A stretch of DNA of 58,283 bases. Origin: an uncultured Nitrospira sp. (GTDB lineage Bacteria; Nitrospirota; Nitrospiria; Nitrospirales; Nitrospiraceae). The position numbers and the translations under genes are program-made. Position 1 is the first letter of the stretch. Every line of letters begins with the position of its first letter. Below the pieces are notes generated by a model. That model did not search any database. It worked only from the letters and a program-made list of their open reading frames with translations, and was not told the DNA's origin. The DNA lies in NCBI GenBank assembly GCA_964590845.1, contig CAZPYP010000003.1:1-58283 (forward strand). Direction: 5' to 3'. Shown here in pieces: positions 26,135 through 36,054 of this stretch.

Positions 26135-26905
26135 CTACAGCACCCGACCGACGTCCTGGATCGCGACTTCGGACATACGATCGATGGTTTGAATCATCTT
26201 TTGCGCGGACTCGTAGGAACGCATGCCCTGGATCATCTTCACCATCTCGCCCAAGGCGTTGACGTTGGATTCTTCGATATGCCCGTGTTGCAACGAGGGA
26301 TGGGCCATCACTTTGCCCTTCCCACCGGCGAACAGGCCGTCGTCCGATTTCACCGGCATCTCGTGCTCGGCGAACTCCATCACTTTGAGGATGCCGACGG
26401 CTTTGCCGTCGACTTGGATCTCGCCAACCCCGTTGATGTGTATCGTGCCGGACGGAACGGTGATCTCGCCCTTGGTCCCTATAACCGGCAACCCGGTGTT
26501 GGTCACGAGCCTCCGCTTGTTGTCGAGCGAGAACATGCCGTTGCGTGTGTAGCGGACGCCGTGCGGCGTCTTGACTTCGAAGAAACCGTCGCCTTGGATC
26601 GCCACGTCCAGCGGGTTCGAGGTGATTCTGGCGCGCCCCGTTTCGAAGGTGGTGCGCGAGAAGTGCGGAGCGGCGTAGACCCGTTCGCTGGGTCCGGCGG
26701 GCGGAGCCATGATCTGGTGCGCGATGCTCTGAACGCCGGGCACCGGCCCGGGACCGGCAAGACGGCGCGACATCACCGACCGAAATCCCTGCTGGTCCTG
26801 TTTGAAGCCGGGCGTATTCACGTTGGCGATGTTGTTGGAAAACACCTGGAGGCTTCGTTCCTGCGCCAGGGCCCCCGACAACACCGGATAGATCGCGCGA
26901 TTCAT
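26135..26905 (-). CDS. flgF: Proximal rod protein FlgF
   Basis: SNNIANVNTPGFK, NPLDVAIQGDGFF, YTRNG, EESNVN; precedes flgG. Confidence 0.92.
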   Translation of the reverse strand: MNRAIYPVLSGALAQERSLQVFSNNIANVNTPGFKQDQQGFRSVMSRRLAGPGPVPGVQSIAHQIMAPPAGPSERVYAAPHFSRTTFETGRARITSNPLDVAIQGDGFFEVKTPHGVRYTRNGMFSLDNKRRLVTNTGLPVIGTKGEITVPSGTIHINGVGEIQVDGKAVGILKVMEFAEHEMPVKSDDGLFAGGKGKVMAHPSLQHGHIEESNVNALGEMVKMIQGMRSYESAQKMIQTIDRMSEVAIQDVGRVL

Positions 26906-26940
26906 AGCGTCATCCTTTCACTCGTCGCGGCTGGAAGGCG

Positions 26941-26956
26941 AGCAACAAATATGCCA
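26941..26956 (-). promoter_or_regulatory. sigma54 promoter of flgF operon
   Basis: TGGCAT-ATTTG-TTGCT on minus strand, 35 nt upstream of flgF. Confidence 0.8.
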
Positions 26957-27052
26957 TCCGGCGCGTCGCACAAACGCCGCGATGCACGTCTCTCGACGCG
27001 CCGCGAGTCGGCAATCGTTGCCGACGGCGGAAGTTTTTTCCGATCGCCGCGG

Positions 27053-27802
27053 TCACTGCAGCGCCTCCATCGTGACTTTTAGGTGCATGACCGCTTTCGT
27101 GTGGATCTGGCAGACACGCGATTCGGTGACCTTGAGGATTTTCCCGATTTCTTTCATCGTCAGTTCTTCGTAGTAGTAGAGCGTCAAAACGGTCCGTTCT
27201 TTCTCCGGCAGCTGTTGGATGGCCTTGCCGAGGCTTTCCCGCTCCCGCTCGTTCACGATCATGGACAACGGGTCGGGATGCTGTTTGTCGGCGAGCATCT
27301 TGAGGATCTTGTTGCCGTCGGGCTCTTGAATGCCCAGATCATCCAGGCTGATCAGCACCGCGCCGCGGGATCGGGAGAGAAAATCGTCGAGCTCCGAGAC
27401 GGACATCTTGAGCGCCGACGCCACTTCTTCGTCCGTGGCCGGCCGGCCGAGCCGGTTCATCAATTCGGTCTGCGCCCGCTGCAGCTGCGAAATCCGCTCA
27501 TGGACGGAGCGCGGAATCCAATCCATCGATCGAATCTCGTCCAGCATCGCTCCGCGAATGCGGAATTCCGCGTACGTCTTGAACTTCGCTTCGCGCGACG
27601 GATCGTATTTGTCCATCGCGTCCATCAGGCCGATGACCCCCACGGAGATAAGATCCTCGGCGTCCAGATAGGCCGGCAACCGGAAGGCCAGACGGTGGGC
27701 GATGGCGCGAATCACGTGCGCGAATTCTTTGATCAGCCGCTCGCGGGACGTTTCGTCCTCGGCTACACAGGTCGTCTGCTGTCGTTGCGGTGTTTTGTTC
27801 AT
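27053..27802 (-). CDS. fliA: RNA polymerase sigma factor FliA (sigma28)
   Basis: KFKTYAEFRIRGAMLDEIRSMDWIPRS, LYYYEELTMKEIG.ILKVTESRVCQIH. Confidence 0.97.
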   Translation of the reverse strand: MNKTPQRQQTTCVAEDETSRERLIKEFAHVIRAIAHRLAFRLPAYLDAEDLISVGVIGLMDAMDKYDPSREAKFKTYAEFRIRGAMLDEIRSMDWIPRSVHERISQLQRAQTELMNRLGRPATDEEVASALKMSVSELDDFLSRSRGAVLISLDDLGIQEPDGNKILKMLADKQHPDPLSMIVNERERESLGKAIQQLPEKERTVLTLYYYEELTMKEIGKILKVTESRVCQIHTKAVMHLKVTMEALQ

Positions 27803-27836
27803 GATCCTCTCGTCCGATGCATCAGAATGAAGCCGC

Positions 27837-28691
27837 CTATCGCAAAAGATGTTGCCAGAGAAACTGCACGGTGCCTTTCGGATGGCTCGCCGGCTCCCAT
27901 TTGGCCACGGCCGCGCCCAGCTGGAGGAACGCTTTGCTCGACGGCGCCTTCGGGAACAGATCGAGGACCGCGCGCTGCTCCGTGACGGACAGCGGCAGAT
28001 AGTCGTCCATAGGGATGAAGCCGATCGCGTCGAGGGAGAGGTGGAGGAAGCGCTCGGCCGCCCGATCCAGCTTCCTGAATACCTGCACCGCCTCGCGCTG
28101 GCTCTTCACCATGTTGACCAGGACACGGAACCGCCGTTCCCGGTGTCGGCGGGACAACACCTTCATGAGCGCGTAGGCGTCCGTCAGCGACGTCGGCTCC
28201 GGCGAGATTACCACCACGATTTCATGCGCGGCGCTCGCGAAGAACGTCACGTTCGACGAGATCCCCGCGGCAGTGTCGATCAGCAGCACGTCGTACGCCT
28301 GGGTGACTGCCTCGACTTCGTCTTGAAGATGCAGCAGTTGCCGCTCCGACAGCGCCGTGAGCTGCGGCACTCCCGAACCGGCTGGAAGAATCTTGATGCC
28401 GCCCGGTCCATCGAGCAGGATGTCTTCGAGCCGCTTGGCGCCGCTCAGCACATGCTCGATGGTCCATTGCGGCAGCAGGCCCAGCAACACGTCCAGGTTG
28501 CCCAGCCCGAGGTCCGCATCCAACACGAGCACTTTTTTCCCTTCCCGCGCGAGGGCCAGGCCGAGATTGGCGACGACATTGGTCTTACCGACGCCTCCTT
28601 TCCCGCTGGTGACACTGATGACTTGTACGGGAGGCCGATCGGCCACGGCCGCCGACGTTCCCACTCCGTACTCTTGGACCGAATGCTTCAT
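27837..28691 (-). CDS. flhG: MinD-like flagellar number regulator FlhG/FleN
   Basis: VTSGKGGVGKT, DADLGLGN, IDTAAGIS, PEPTSLTDAYA. Confidence 0.93.
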   Translation of the reverse strand: MKHSVQEYGVGTSAAVADRPPVQVISVTSGKGGVGKTNVVANLGLALAREGKKVLVLDADLGLGNLDVLLGLLPQWTIEHVLSGAKRLEDILLDGPGGIKILPAGSGVPQLTALSERQLLHLQDEVEAVTQAYDVLLIDTAAGISSNVTFFASAAHEIVVVISPEPTSLTDAYALMKVLSRRHRERRFRVLVNMVKSQREAVQVFRKLDRAAERFLHLSLDAIGFIPMDDYLPLSVTEQRAVLDLFPKAPSSKAFLQLGAAVAKWEPASHPKGTVQFLWQHLLR

Positions 28692-28723
28692 GAACCGCTC
28701 CTCCTTGCCTTCGATGAACGGAC

Positions 28724-30079
28724 TTATGCCGACGCCCGATCGGGCTCGAACTCGATGCTCTCGCTGACCACTTTCGTGAGCGCCTCTTCCGATCGACGCT
28801 CCTCCTGCACCGAACAGCCGGCGAGCAGATCGGCCACCCGATCAGCCCCGGCGACCTCCAAGTCGTGAGGTACACAAGGGCCCGTGCTGAAATACGAGAA
28901 CGGGATGCCGGTCTGCCTCTGAAGGGTCAGCAAGCTGCCGACCCCGGAGGTTTCGTCGAGCTTCGTTATTAACAGGCGATTGACTGCATACTCCGCGCAT
29001 CGGCGCGCCATGCCCAGTAGATCGTCCTCTCTCGTCGCGGCGGACATCACGAGATGGGTGTCCACCGCATGGTCCAGTCTCGCCAGCCATCTGACGTCGG
29101 CAAGAAACTCGCGATCAGCCACCGTCCGCCCGCCGGTATCGACGAGCACCACATGGTCTCCGGCATACCGGCGCACGGCATCGGCCGTGTCTTGTCTGGT
29201 AAAGGCCGCGTGCATCGGCAGATCGAGCGCATCCGCGTAGCCTCGGAGCTGTTCAACTGCCGACGTACGGCAGGTGTCGGTGGTCACGAGCGCCACCGAC
29301 CGTCCTTGGGCGGTCAACCGAGCCGCCAATTTGGCAACGGCGGTCGTCTTGCCCGACCCGGACGGCCCGAAGAACACGGCGACCTTCCGTTCGTCATCAG
29401 GCTTCACCAACGGCATGCCTTCGTCCATCTCCCTCTTCACCAACTCGCGTAGCGCCCCGCGGACCTTCATCCGATCCCGCAGATCCTCCGCCGTCAACCG
29501 GTCGTGAAGGCTTTGCACGAATGAGACCGCGGCGGGAACCGCAAGCCCGCGAGCGATGAAGTCCCGATACCAGATGGTCATCGGACCCGGAATGTGTTTC
29601 GGTACGGTGATCGTATCGTCCGAATACCCTTCAAGAAGATGCTGATGCAGCCCGCGCAACTCCTCTCGAATCCGCCTGAGTTGAGGCTGGCGCACTGGCT
29701 TCCGGCGCAGTTCTTTGAACAGCTGGGCCGGCGGCGCCGCGGCCCGTTTCCCCGTCAACTTTGGCGAGGGACTGTCATGGACCAGTCCGTTGAGCGTTTC
29801 CTGAAACCGCGACGCCGGGACAAGCACCGGATCTTGAATGGGTGAGCGGGCCGGTTGAAGCCGTGCCTGTTGCTTCGCTTCCGGATTCGGAGCCGCCGGG
29901 ACCGCACTGTGGTCGACGGCCGCGGTGACTTCGATCAGCGGGCGGCCGAACCATTTGGCGACCGCGCCACGTTGGCGAACGTCCTTGGTCGACAAAATCA
30001 AGGCATCGGGCCCGAGTTCGGCCTTGATGGCCTGAATGGCCTCTTGCATCGTGAATGCATGAAACACTTTGACCTGCAT
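28724..30079 (-). CDS. flhF: SRP-family GTPase FlhF
   Basis: MQVKVF...IKAELGPDALILS, GPSGSGKTT, DTCR, DTGG, TKLDET. Confidence 0.92.
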   Translation of the reverse strand: MQVKVFHAFTMQEAIQAIKAELGPDALILSTKDVRQRGAVAKWFGRPLIEVTAAVDHSAVPAAPNPEAKQQARLQPARSPIQDPVLVPASRFQETLNGLVHDSPSPKLTGKRAAAPPAQLFKELRRKPVRQPQLRRIREELRGLHQHLLEGYSDDTITVPKHIPGPMTIWYRDFIARGLAVPAAVSFVQSLHDRLTAEDLRDRMKVRGALRELVKREMDEGMPLVKPDDERKVAVFFGPSGSGKTTAVAKLAARLTAQGRSVALVTTDTCRTSAVEQLRGYADALDLPMHAAFTRQDTADAVRRYAGDHVVLVDTGGRTVADREFLADVRWLARLDHAVDTHLVMSAATREDDLLGMARRCAEYAVNRLLITKLDETSGVGSLLTLQRQTGIPFSYFSTGPCVPHDLEVAGADRVADLLAGCSVQEERRSEEALTKVVSESIEFEPDRASA

Positions 30080-30091
30080 CAAGGACTCCGA

Positions 30092-32188
30092 TTACGCGTT
30101 TCCCGGTTCCAGTCTCACTGTTTCGATCGCCTGCAACTTCGCCGCACCGTCCACTTCGTTCATCCCCAGGATGGGGACGGAATAGAGGACTCGATCGGTC
30201 AATTTCCGCAGATATCGGCGGGTAGCCGGAGAACAAAGCACGATCGGCTGATGTCCCCTTGTAGCCACCCGTTCCGCCGCCTGTTTCAAGGCCGCCACGA
30301 CTTGCTGCGGCAGTCCCGGATCGATCGGCGCCACCGATCCGTTCTGCGCCGGGGACGCCTGATCGGCCAAGGTTCGGTCCAGCCGCGGATCCAGGCTGAT
30401 GATCGACAAGGTGCCGTCCGGGCCGAGGTACTGGCGTGTGATCGTACGGGCCAGCGCCTGCCTGGCCGCATCCGTGAGGGTGTCGGTATCCTTCGTCTGT
30501 TGAGCCTGGTCGGCCACGGCCTCGAGAATGGTGCGCAGATCGCGGATCGGCACGCCTTCCTTGAGCAGATTGGCGAGAATCCGCACGAGACTGCCGAGCG
30601 ACAGCACCGTCGGGACCAGTTCCTCCACCAGTTTCGGATGGACCTTCGCCATTTCGTCCAGCAAGCCCTGTACTTCCTGCCGGCCGACCAACTCGTACGC
30701 GTGGCGTTTGATCACCTCGGACAGATGGGTGGCGATCGCGGAGCTGGCGTCGACGACGGTATACCCCGCCATTTGGGCCTGTTCACGCGCGGCTTCCGGC
30801 ACCCACAGCGCCGGCAGTCCGAACGCCGGTTCCTTCGTCGTAATGCCCTGCACGGCGCCGCGCTGCGCCGTACCGGGGTCGATCGCGAGCACGTGGGACG
30901 GGAGAATCTCGGACTTGGTCAACTCGACGCCCTTCAGCATGATGGCATACTCATTGGGGCGCAGTTGTAAGTTGTCCCGGATGTGAATGGGCGGAATGAC
31001 GAAGCCCATGCTTTCTGCGAACTGCCGCCGCAGGCCTTTGATGCGATCGAGCAGCGAACCGCCCTGCTGACCTTCGACCAGGCTGATCAGGCCGTAGCCC
31101 ACCTGCACCTCCATGAGATCCAGCGGAGCCACGCTCGTCAGGATTTCTTCCGGCTTGGTTTTCGGCTGCGCCGCCTCCACTTTGGCCGTCGCCAGAGCCT
31201 GTCGCTCCCGGCGTCGCAGATCGTGCGCCATCCAGGCCACGGCCCCGCCGAACGTCAAGAACGCCATGTGTGGAAGGCCGGGCACGAGCCCGAGCGCCAG
31301 CAGGATGCCGGCGGCTGTGCCGAGTGATTTCGGCGAGGTCAGCACCTGCCGCGTGATGTCGGAGCCCAGATCGGATTCGGAGGCGGCGCGGGTGACGACG
31401 ATACCGGCGGCGGTCGACACGATCAGCGCCGGAATCTGCGCCACCAGACCTTCGCCCACGGTCAAGAGCGTGTAGGTCTGCGCCGCGGCGGACAACGTCA
31501 GGCCCTGCTGCAATACGCCGATCGTCAAGCCGCCCACGATGTTGACCAGCACGATGATCACCGCCGCGATGGCGTCGCCCCGGACGAACTTGCTGGCGCC
31601 GTCCATCGAGCCGTAGAAATCCGCCTCGTCTGCGATCATCTTCCGGCGTCGCCGGGCTTCGGCTTCGTTGATCATACCGGCGTTCAAATCGGCGTCGATG
31701 CTCATCTGCTTGCCCGGCATCGCGTCCAACGTGAACCGCGCGGCGACTTCGGCCACGCGGCCGGCGCCTTTGGTGACGACCACGAAGTTGATGATGACCA
31801 GGATCGTAAAGACCACCAGGCCGACCGTATAGTTGCCGCCCACGACGAAGTTGCCGAAGGCCCGGATGACTTCTCCCGCCGCCGTCACGCCTTCGTTGCC
31901 GTGCAACAGGATCAGCCGGGTGGAGGCGATGTTCAGCGAGAGGCGGAGCAGCGTCACCATCAGGAGGATCGAAGGGAACGCGGAAAAATCCAGGGGACGC
32001 CGTACTTGCAGGCCCACCAACAGAATGATGATGGACAGCGTGATGTTGAAGCTCAGCAACAAGTCCAGCAGGAACCGCGGCAGCGGTAGCAGCATGACCA
32101 TCAGGACGGCGACGACGCCGGTGGACATCAGAATGTCCGAATGTTTGATCGAGGCCATGGGGATCGCGCTCTGTTCCGACGTAGACAT
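30092..32188 (-). CDS. flhA: Flagellar export protein FlhA
   Basis: RVAEVAARFTLDAMPGKQMSIDADLNAG, FYGSMDGASKFVRGDA. Confidence 0.98.
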   Translation of the reverse strand: MSTSEQSAIPMASIKHSDILMSTGVVAVLMVMLLPLPRFLLDLLLSFNITLSIIILLVGLQVRRPLDFSAFPSILLMVTLLRLSLNIASTRLILLHGNEGVTAAGEVIRAFGNFVVGGNYTVGLVVFTILVIINFVVVTKGAGRVAEVAARFTLDAMPGKQMSIDADLNAGMINEAEARRRRKMIADEADFYGSMDGASKFVRGDAIAAVIIVLVNIVGGLTIGVLQQGLTLSAAAQTYTLLTVGEGLVAQIPALIVSTAAGIVVTRAASESDLGSDITRQVLTSPKSLGTAAGILLALGLVPGLPHMAFLTFGGAVAWMAHDLRRRERQALATAKVEAAQPKTKPEEILTSVAPLDLMEVQVGYGLISLVEGQQGGSLLDRIKGLRRQFAESMGFVIPPIHIRDNLQLRPNEYAIMLKGVELTKSEILPSHVLAIDPGTAQRGAVQGITTKEPAFGLPALWVPEAAREQAQMAGYTVVDASSAIATHLSEVIKRHAYELVGRQEVQGLLDEMAKVHPKLVEELVPTVLSLGSLVRILANLLKEGVPIRDLRTILEAVADQAQQTKDTDTLTDAARQALARTITRQYLGPDGTLSIISLDPRLDRTLADQASPAQNGSVAPIDPGLPQQVVAALKQAAERVATRGHQPIVLCSPATRRYLRKLTDRVLYSVPILGMNEVDGAAKLQAIETVRLEPGNA

Positions 32189-32203
32189 CGACGGTGACTC
32201 CGG

Positions 32204-33289
32204 TTAAGGACGCTGCGCCGGGATTTTCCCGCTGACGCGATAGACGAAGGCCAGGATCTCGGCGACCGCGCGATAGAGGTCTGAGGGGATTTCCCGACCG
32301 ACCTCGACCAGCTTGTAGAGCGTCCGGGCCACGAATTTGTTTTCGACCACCATGACCCCGTGCTCGCGGGCGATCTCTTTGATCCGCTGCGCCAAATAGT
32401 CCGCGCCTTTGGCCACCACGATGGGCGCCGCCATCTTCGCCTGGTCGTATCGGATCGCCACCGCCAAGTGATCGGGGTTGGTGACGACGACGTCGGCCTT
32501 TTTCACGTCGGCCAACATCCGCTTTCGCGCCATGTCGCGCTGGACGGTGCGGATCCGCGAGCGCATTTGTGGATCGCCTTCCGACTCCTTGTGTTCTTCC
32601 TTGACTTCGTCGCGGGTCATTCGGAGCTTCCGCTCGAACTCGAACCGCTGGTAGCCGTAATCGAGCGCCGCCAGGGCCGCAACCGCCAAGCAGATGCCGA
32701 GCGCGGACTTGAACATCAGCCGCCCGACCACCGCAATGATCCCGTCCAGCGGGTACTGGACGAGTTCCGGCAGGATGCCCATGTCGCCGCGTACGGCGTA
32801 AAAGCCGGCCGACCCGATGCACAGGACTTTCAACAGACTCTTGATCAGCTCGGCCATCGAGCGCATCGAGAAGATGCGGCCCAGGCCGGGCAACGGATTC
32901 AGCTTGGCGATGTCGAACCCGATGCCTTCCGTCTTCCACATGAAGCCGGTCTGCGCAACGGTCGCTCCCACGCCCAACGCCGCCACCCCCGCGACCAAGG
33001 GCATGATCAGGAACAACAGATCGGTCTCCGTCTTCATGGCGATTCGCTGCACATATTCGACGGTCAATCGCTCCCCCGTTCCGACATCGGCGATCGCAGC
33101 CAACCATTCCTTCAGCAGTTCGCTGAGTTTCAGCATGCCCGGGCGGGCAAAGAAGGACAGCATCCCCAAGGCGCCCAGCAGGGCTGCGGCGGTGGACAGG
33201 TCGCGGCTGAGCGCGGCTTCGCCTCGCGCTCGCGCCTGCGCCCGGCGCTTCGGTGTCGCCTGTTCTGTCCGGTTTTCCTGGTCAGCCAT
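32204..33289 (-). CDS. flhB: Flagellar export protein FlhB
   Basis: RTEQATPKR, EVKEEHKESEGDP, autocleavage motif TNPDH. Confidence 0.97.
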   Translation of the reverse strand: MADQENRTEQATPKRRAQARARGEAALSRDLSTAAALLGALGMLSFFARPGMLKLSELLKEWLAAIADVGTGERLTVEYVQRIAMKTETDLLFLIMPLVAGVAALGVGATVAQTGFMWKTEGIGFDIAKLNPLPGLGRIFSMRSMAELIKSLLKVLCIGSAGFYAVRGDMGILPELVQYPLDGIIAVVGRLMFKSALGICLAVAALAALDYGYQRFEFERKLRMTRDEVKEEHKESEGDPQMRSRIRTVQRDMARKRMLADVKKADVVVTNPDHLAVAIRYDQAKMAAPIVVAKGADYLAQRIKEIAREHGVMVVENKFVARTLYKLVEVGREIPSDLYRAVAEILAFVYRVSGKIPAQRP

Positions 33290-34064
33290 GGCCGAGCATG
33301 CTTAAAAGCCCCTGAAGCGTCCCGTCGAGCCGGATGAACTCCGACTCGAAAAGACCGATGGAATAGGGCAGCGCCAGCGCCATCACCGCCAATCCGGCGG
33401 CAATCGTCAGCGGAAAACTCATCACGAACACGTTCAACTGAGGCACGGTGCGTCCCAAGATCGCCATCATGAGATTCACGACCAGCACGGTGGCCAAGAC
33501 CGGCGCCGCCAGCTTCAAGGCGACGACGAACACCTGCTGCGTCAACCGCAGGACGTCCTCCGCCAGGCCGGCCGACAGATGTCCCGTAAAGGGCGCGATC
33601 GCGTCGAAGCTCGTCGCAACGGACCGCACGACCAGAAAATGGGCGTTGAGAGCCAGGAACGTGAGGGACGCCAGGACCGTTTGCACACTGGCCACGAGCG
33701 GCGTTTGATGCGCCGTCATCGGATCGATCAACTGGGCGACGCTGAACCCCATCTGAGTCCCCATGAGGTCCCCTGCCAGTTCGAGCGCGGCGAAGAACAG
33801 CCGGACCGCCAGGCCGATCACCAGACCGATCAACACTTCGTTCGCCAGGCCGCCCGCGAGCAGGAGCGGATCTGTCGGAAGGTTCATCGGCGGCAACAGC
33901 GGCGCCAGAACCAGCCCCAACAAGAGCACCAGACCGGTCTTGAGATGCATCGGGATGGTCCGGCTCCCCAACACCGGCAAGCCGGCGAAGATGCCCGCCG
34001 TGCGGAACATCACGATCAGCGCGGACTGGAACTGCGGAATAGCGATGTCGAGGACGTGATTCAT
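33282..34064 (-). CDS. fliR: Flagellar export protein FliR
   Basis: Hydrophobic; AGDLMGTQMGF, GRTVPQLNVF. Confidence 0.95.
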   Translation of the reverse strand: MNHVLDIAIPQFQSALIVMFRTAGIFAGLPVLGSRTIPMHLKTGLVLLLGLVLAPLLPPMNLPTDPLLLAGGLANEVLIGLVIGLAVRLFFAALELAGDLMGTQMGFSVAQLIDPMTAHQTPLVASVQTVLASLTFLALNAHFLVVRSVATSFDAIAPFTGHLSAGLAEDVLRLTQQVFVVALKLAAPVLATVLVVNLMMAILGRTVPQLNVFVMSFPLTIAAGLAVMALALPYSIGLFESEFIRLDGTLQGLLSMLGHG

Positions 34065-34074
34065 AACCCTTCCG

Positions 34075-34350
34075 TTACGAAGACCGCACGTACTGCGGAA
34101 TGTTCGCGAGCATCCCGGCCATGAAGGTCACGAGCGTGTCGAGCATCCAGGGGAAGAACAACAGCGTCGCGACGAACAACGCCAGCATTTTGGGCACGAA
34201 GGTCAGCGTCGCTTCGTTGATTTGCGTCATCGCCTGAAACAAGCTGACCAAGAGGCCGACCAGCAGGCTCAAGCCCAACATCGGCGCCGACACCAGCAAA
34301 GTGGTTTCCAACGCCTGGCGTCCGATTTGCGCTACCATGTCGGGAGTCAT
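34075..34350 (-). CDS. fliQ: Flagellar export protein FliQ
   Basis: FQAMTQINEATLTFVPK; ATG 34350 after AGGAGG. Confidence 0.96.
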   Translation of the reverse strand: MTPDMVAQIGRQALETTLLVSAPMLGLSLLVGLLVSLFQAMTQINEATLTFVPKMLALFVATLLFFPWMLDTLVTFMAGMLANIPQYVRSS

Positions 34351-34365
34351 TTCATTCCTCCTGGT

Positions 34366-34457
34366 TCGAGGTGAGAGGCACGGGACAGAGGCTTCGATCG
34401 GCGTCGGCTGTCTTCGCTCGTTCGTGTTCTCTCGCCCCTCGCCCCCCAACCTCTCGC
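34366..34457. repeat. Intergenic heptamer-based imperfect inverted repeat (GAGAGGC / CCTCTCG units)
   Basis: tcgaggt gagaggc ... agaggc on the left, tctctcg cccctcg ... cctctcg on the right. Confidence 0.45.
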
Positions 34458-34458
34458 A

Positions 34459-35259
34459 TCAGTGAAAGCTCTTCACCACGGAGCCGACGATCAGGTACCA
34501 GCCGTCGGCAAGCACAAAGAGAATGAGTTTGAACGGCAAGGAAATCAGCACCGGGGGCAGCAGCATCATGCCCATGGACATCAAGACGCTGGCGACCACC
34601 ATGTCGACGATGAGAAACGGAATGTAAATGAGAAATCCGATCTGGAACGCGACACGCAATTCGCTGAGGATGAAGGCCGGAATCACCACGTGAATCGGCA
34701 CCTCCTCCGCTTTGGCCGGTTTCTCGGGCAACTTCGCCAAATCGATGAACAGTTCCAGGTCCTTCTCACGCACCTGTCTCAGCATGAACGAACGGACCGG
34801 CTGGATGCCGCGCTTCCACGCTTCCTCATGGGAAATCTGTTCCGCAAAGAGCGGCTGCAGCGCCTCGCTGTACACCGTCTGCCCGACCGGCGCCATGACG
34901 AACACCGTCAGAAACAGCGCGAGACTGATCAGCACTTGGTTCGGCGGCACTTGCTGGGTGCCCATGGCCTGGCGGAGAAACGACAACACGATCACGATTC
35001 TCGTGAACGACGTCACCATGATGCAGAACGCTGGCGCCAGCGACAGGACGGTTAACAGCGCCAGGATCTGAAAGACGACCGCGGTCTGGCCGGTTCCGCC
35101 GTTCTTTCCCAAATCGATCGTGATCGAGGGGCCGTCCGCCGCGAGCACGGGCTCCGGCCAGCCCAGCGACCCACAGATCCCGAGCGTCAGGGCGCAGGCG
35201 ACGAGCAGGAAGCGCCTGGGACAGGCGAGGTCGGCAACGGCTGTCGTGTTACGACGCAT
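34459..35259 (-). CDS. fliP: Flagellar export protein FliP
   Basis: TSFTRIVIVLSFLRQAMGTQQVPPNQ, MGMMLLPP..ISLPFKLILFVLADGW; start approximate. Confidence 0.96.
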   Translation of the reverse strand: MRRNTTAVADLACPRRFLLVACALTLGICGSLGWPEPVLAADGPSITIDLGKNGGTGQTAVVFQILALLTVLSLAPAFCIMVTSFTRIVIVLSFLRQAMGTQQVPPNQVLISLALFLTVFVMAPVGQTVYSEALQPLFAEQISHEEAWKRGIQPVRSFMLRQVREKDLELFIDLAKLPEKPAKAEEVPIHVVIPAFILSELRVAFQIGFLIYIPFLIVDMVVASVLMSMGMMLLPPVLISLPFKLILFVLADGWYLIVGSVVKSFH

Positions 35260-35653
35260 GCTCACCTGTCTCACGGGACGGCTCACTCGTCCCAGTATGG
35301 CGCGACCAGATTCGGCGCCATGATCTCCACAGGTCTTCATCTCCGACGCGGGCCGGCTGCGGCTGCGCGGACAGCATCTGTTTGATTTGCTCGGCATCCG
35401 TGACCCGGCCCAACGGTACGATGTCGTTCTGCGTAGTCCCGACGATCAACAATTCCCCGGCGACTGCCACGAGCGACACGGCCTTGCGCGGCCCCAGATA
35501 CCCGCTGCCGACGACTCGGACGAGGTTCTGCCCGGCCGCCAGAGGCAACCGTGAGCCGAACAGGCGTTTCCCGGCGGCGGCCAGGACCAGCATCAACGCC
35601 ACGACCAACCCCAGCGAAGACACCATCCGCACCGCCATATCCCAGAACTCCAT
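35249..35653 (-). CDS. fliO: Flagellar biosynthesis protein FliO
   Basis: N-terminal TM, YLGPRKAVSLVAVAGELLIVGTT; between fliN and fliP. Confidence 0.88.
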   Translation of the reverse strand: MEFWDMAVRMVSSLGLVVALMLVLAAAGKRLFGSRLPLAAGQNLVRVVGSGYLGPRKAVSLVAVAGELLIVGTTQNDIVPLGRVTDAEQIKQMLSAQPQPARVGDEDLWRSWRRIWSRHTGTSEPSRETGEHAS

Positions 35654-35664
35654 CGAATTCCGTC

Positions 35665-36036
35665 CTATCCCAGTTGCTGTACGCGTTGGGCGGCGCTGAT
35701 CACGTCGGTCAGACGGATGCCGAATTTGTCGTTCACGACGACCACTTCGCCTTTCGCCACCAGTTTGTTGTTCACCAGCACTTCCATGGGTTCGCCGGCG
35801 AGTTTTTCTAGCTCGATGACGGAGCCCTGTCCCAACTGTAGAATCTCGCGGATCTGCATCCGAGCGGAGCCCACTTGCACGGTCACCTGCATGGGAATGT
35901 CGAGGATGAAATCCAAATTGTTCGGCGAGGGCGACGCACCGCCCTTCTCCACCGCGGGAAACGAGGCCGGCTGCGCCTCCGGCGCCGAGGCGCCGGCGGC
36001 ATTCCCGGCCGGAGGACTGACATCAACGTTCGCCAT
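35665..36036 (-). CDS. fliN: C-ring switch protein FliN
   Basis: LDFILDIPMQVTVQVG, GEVVVVNDKFGIRLTD. Confidence 0.96.
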   Translation of the reverse strand: MANVDVSPPAGNAAGASAPEAQPASFPAVEKGGASPSPNNLDFILDIPMQVTVQVGSARMQIREILQLGQGSVIELEKLAGEPMEVLVNNKLVAKGEVVVVNDKFGIRLTDVISAAQRVQQLG

Positions 36037-36054
36037 ACACCTTCTCCTTCGCTG

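Noticed and set aside
30951-33107. 718-aa alternative-frame minus-strand ORF across flhB/flhA
   Set aside because: Arg/Gly-rich off-frame translation of GC-rich genes; no recognisable domain
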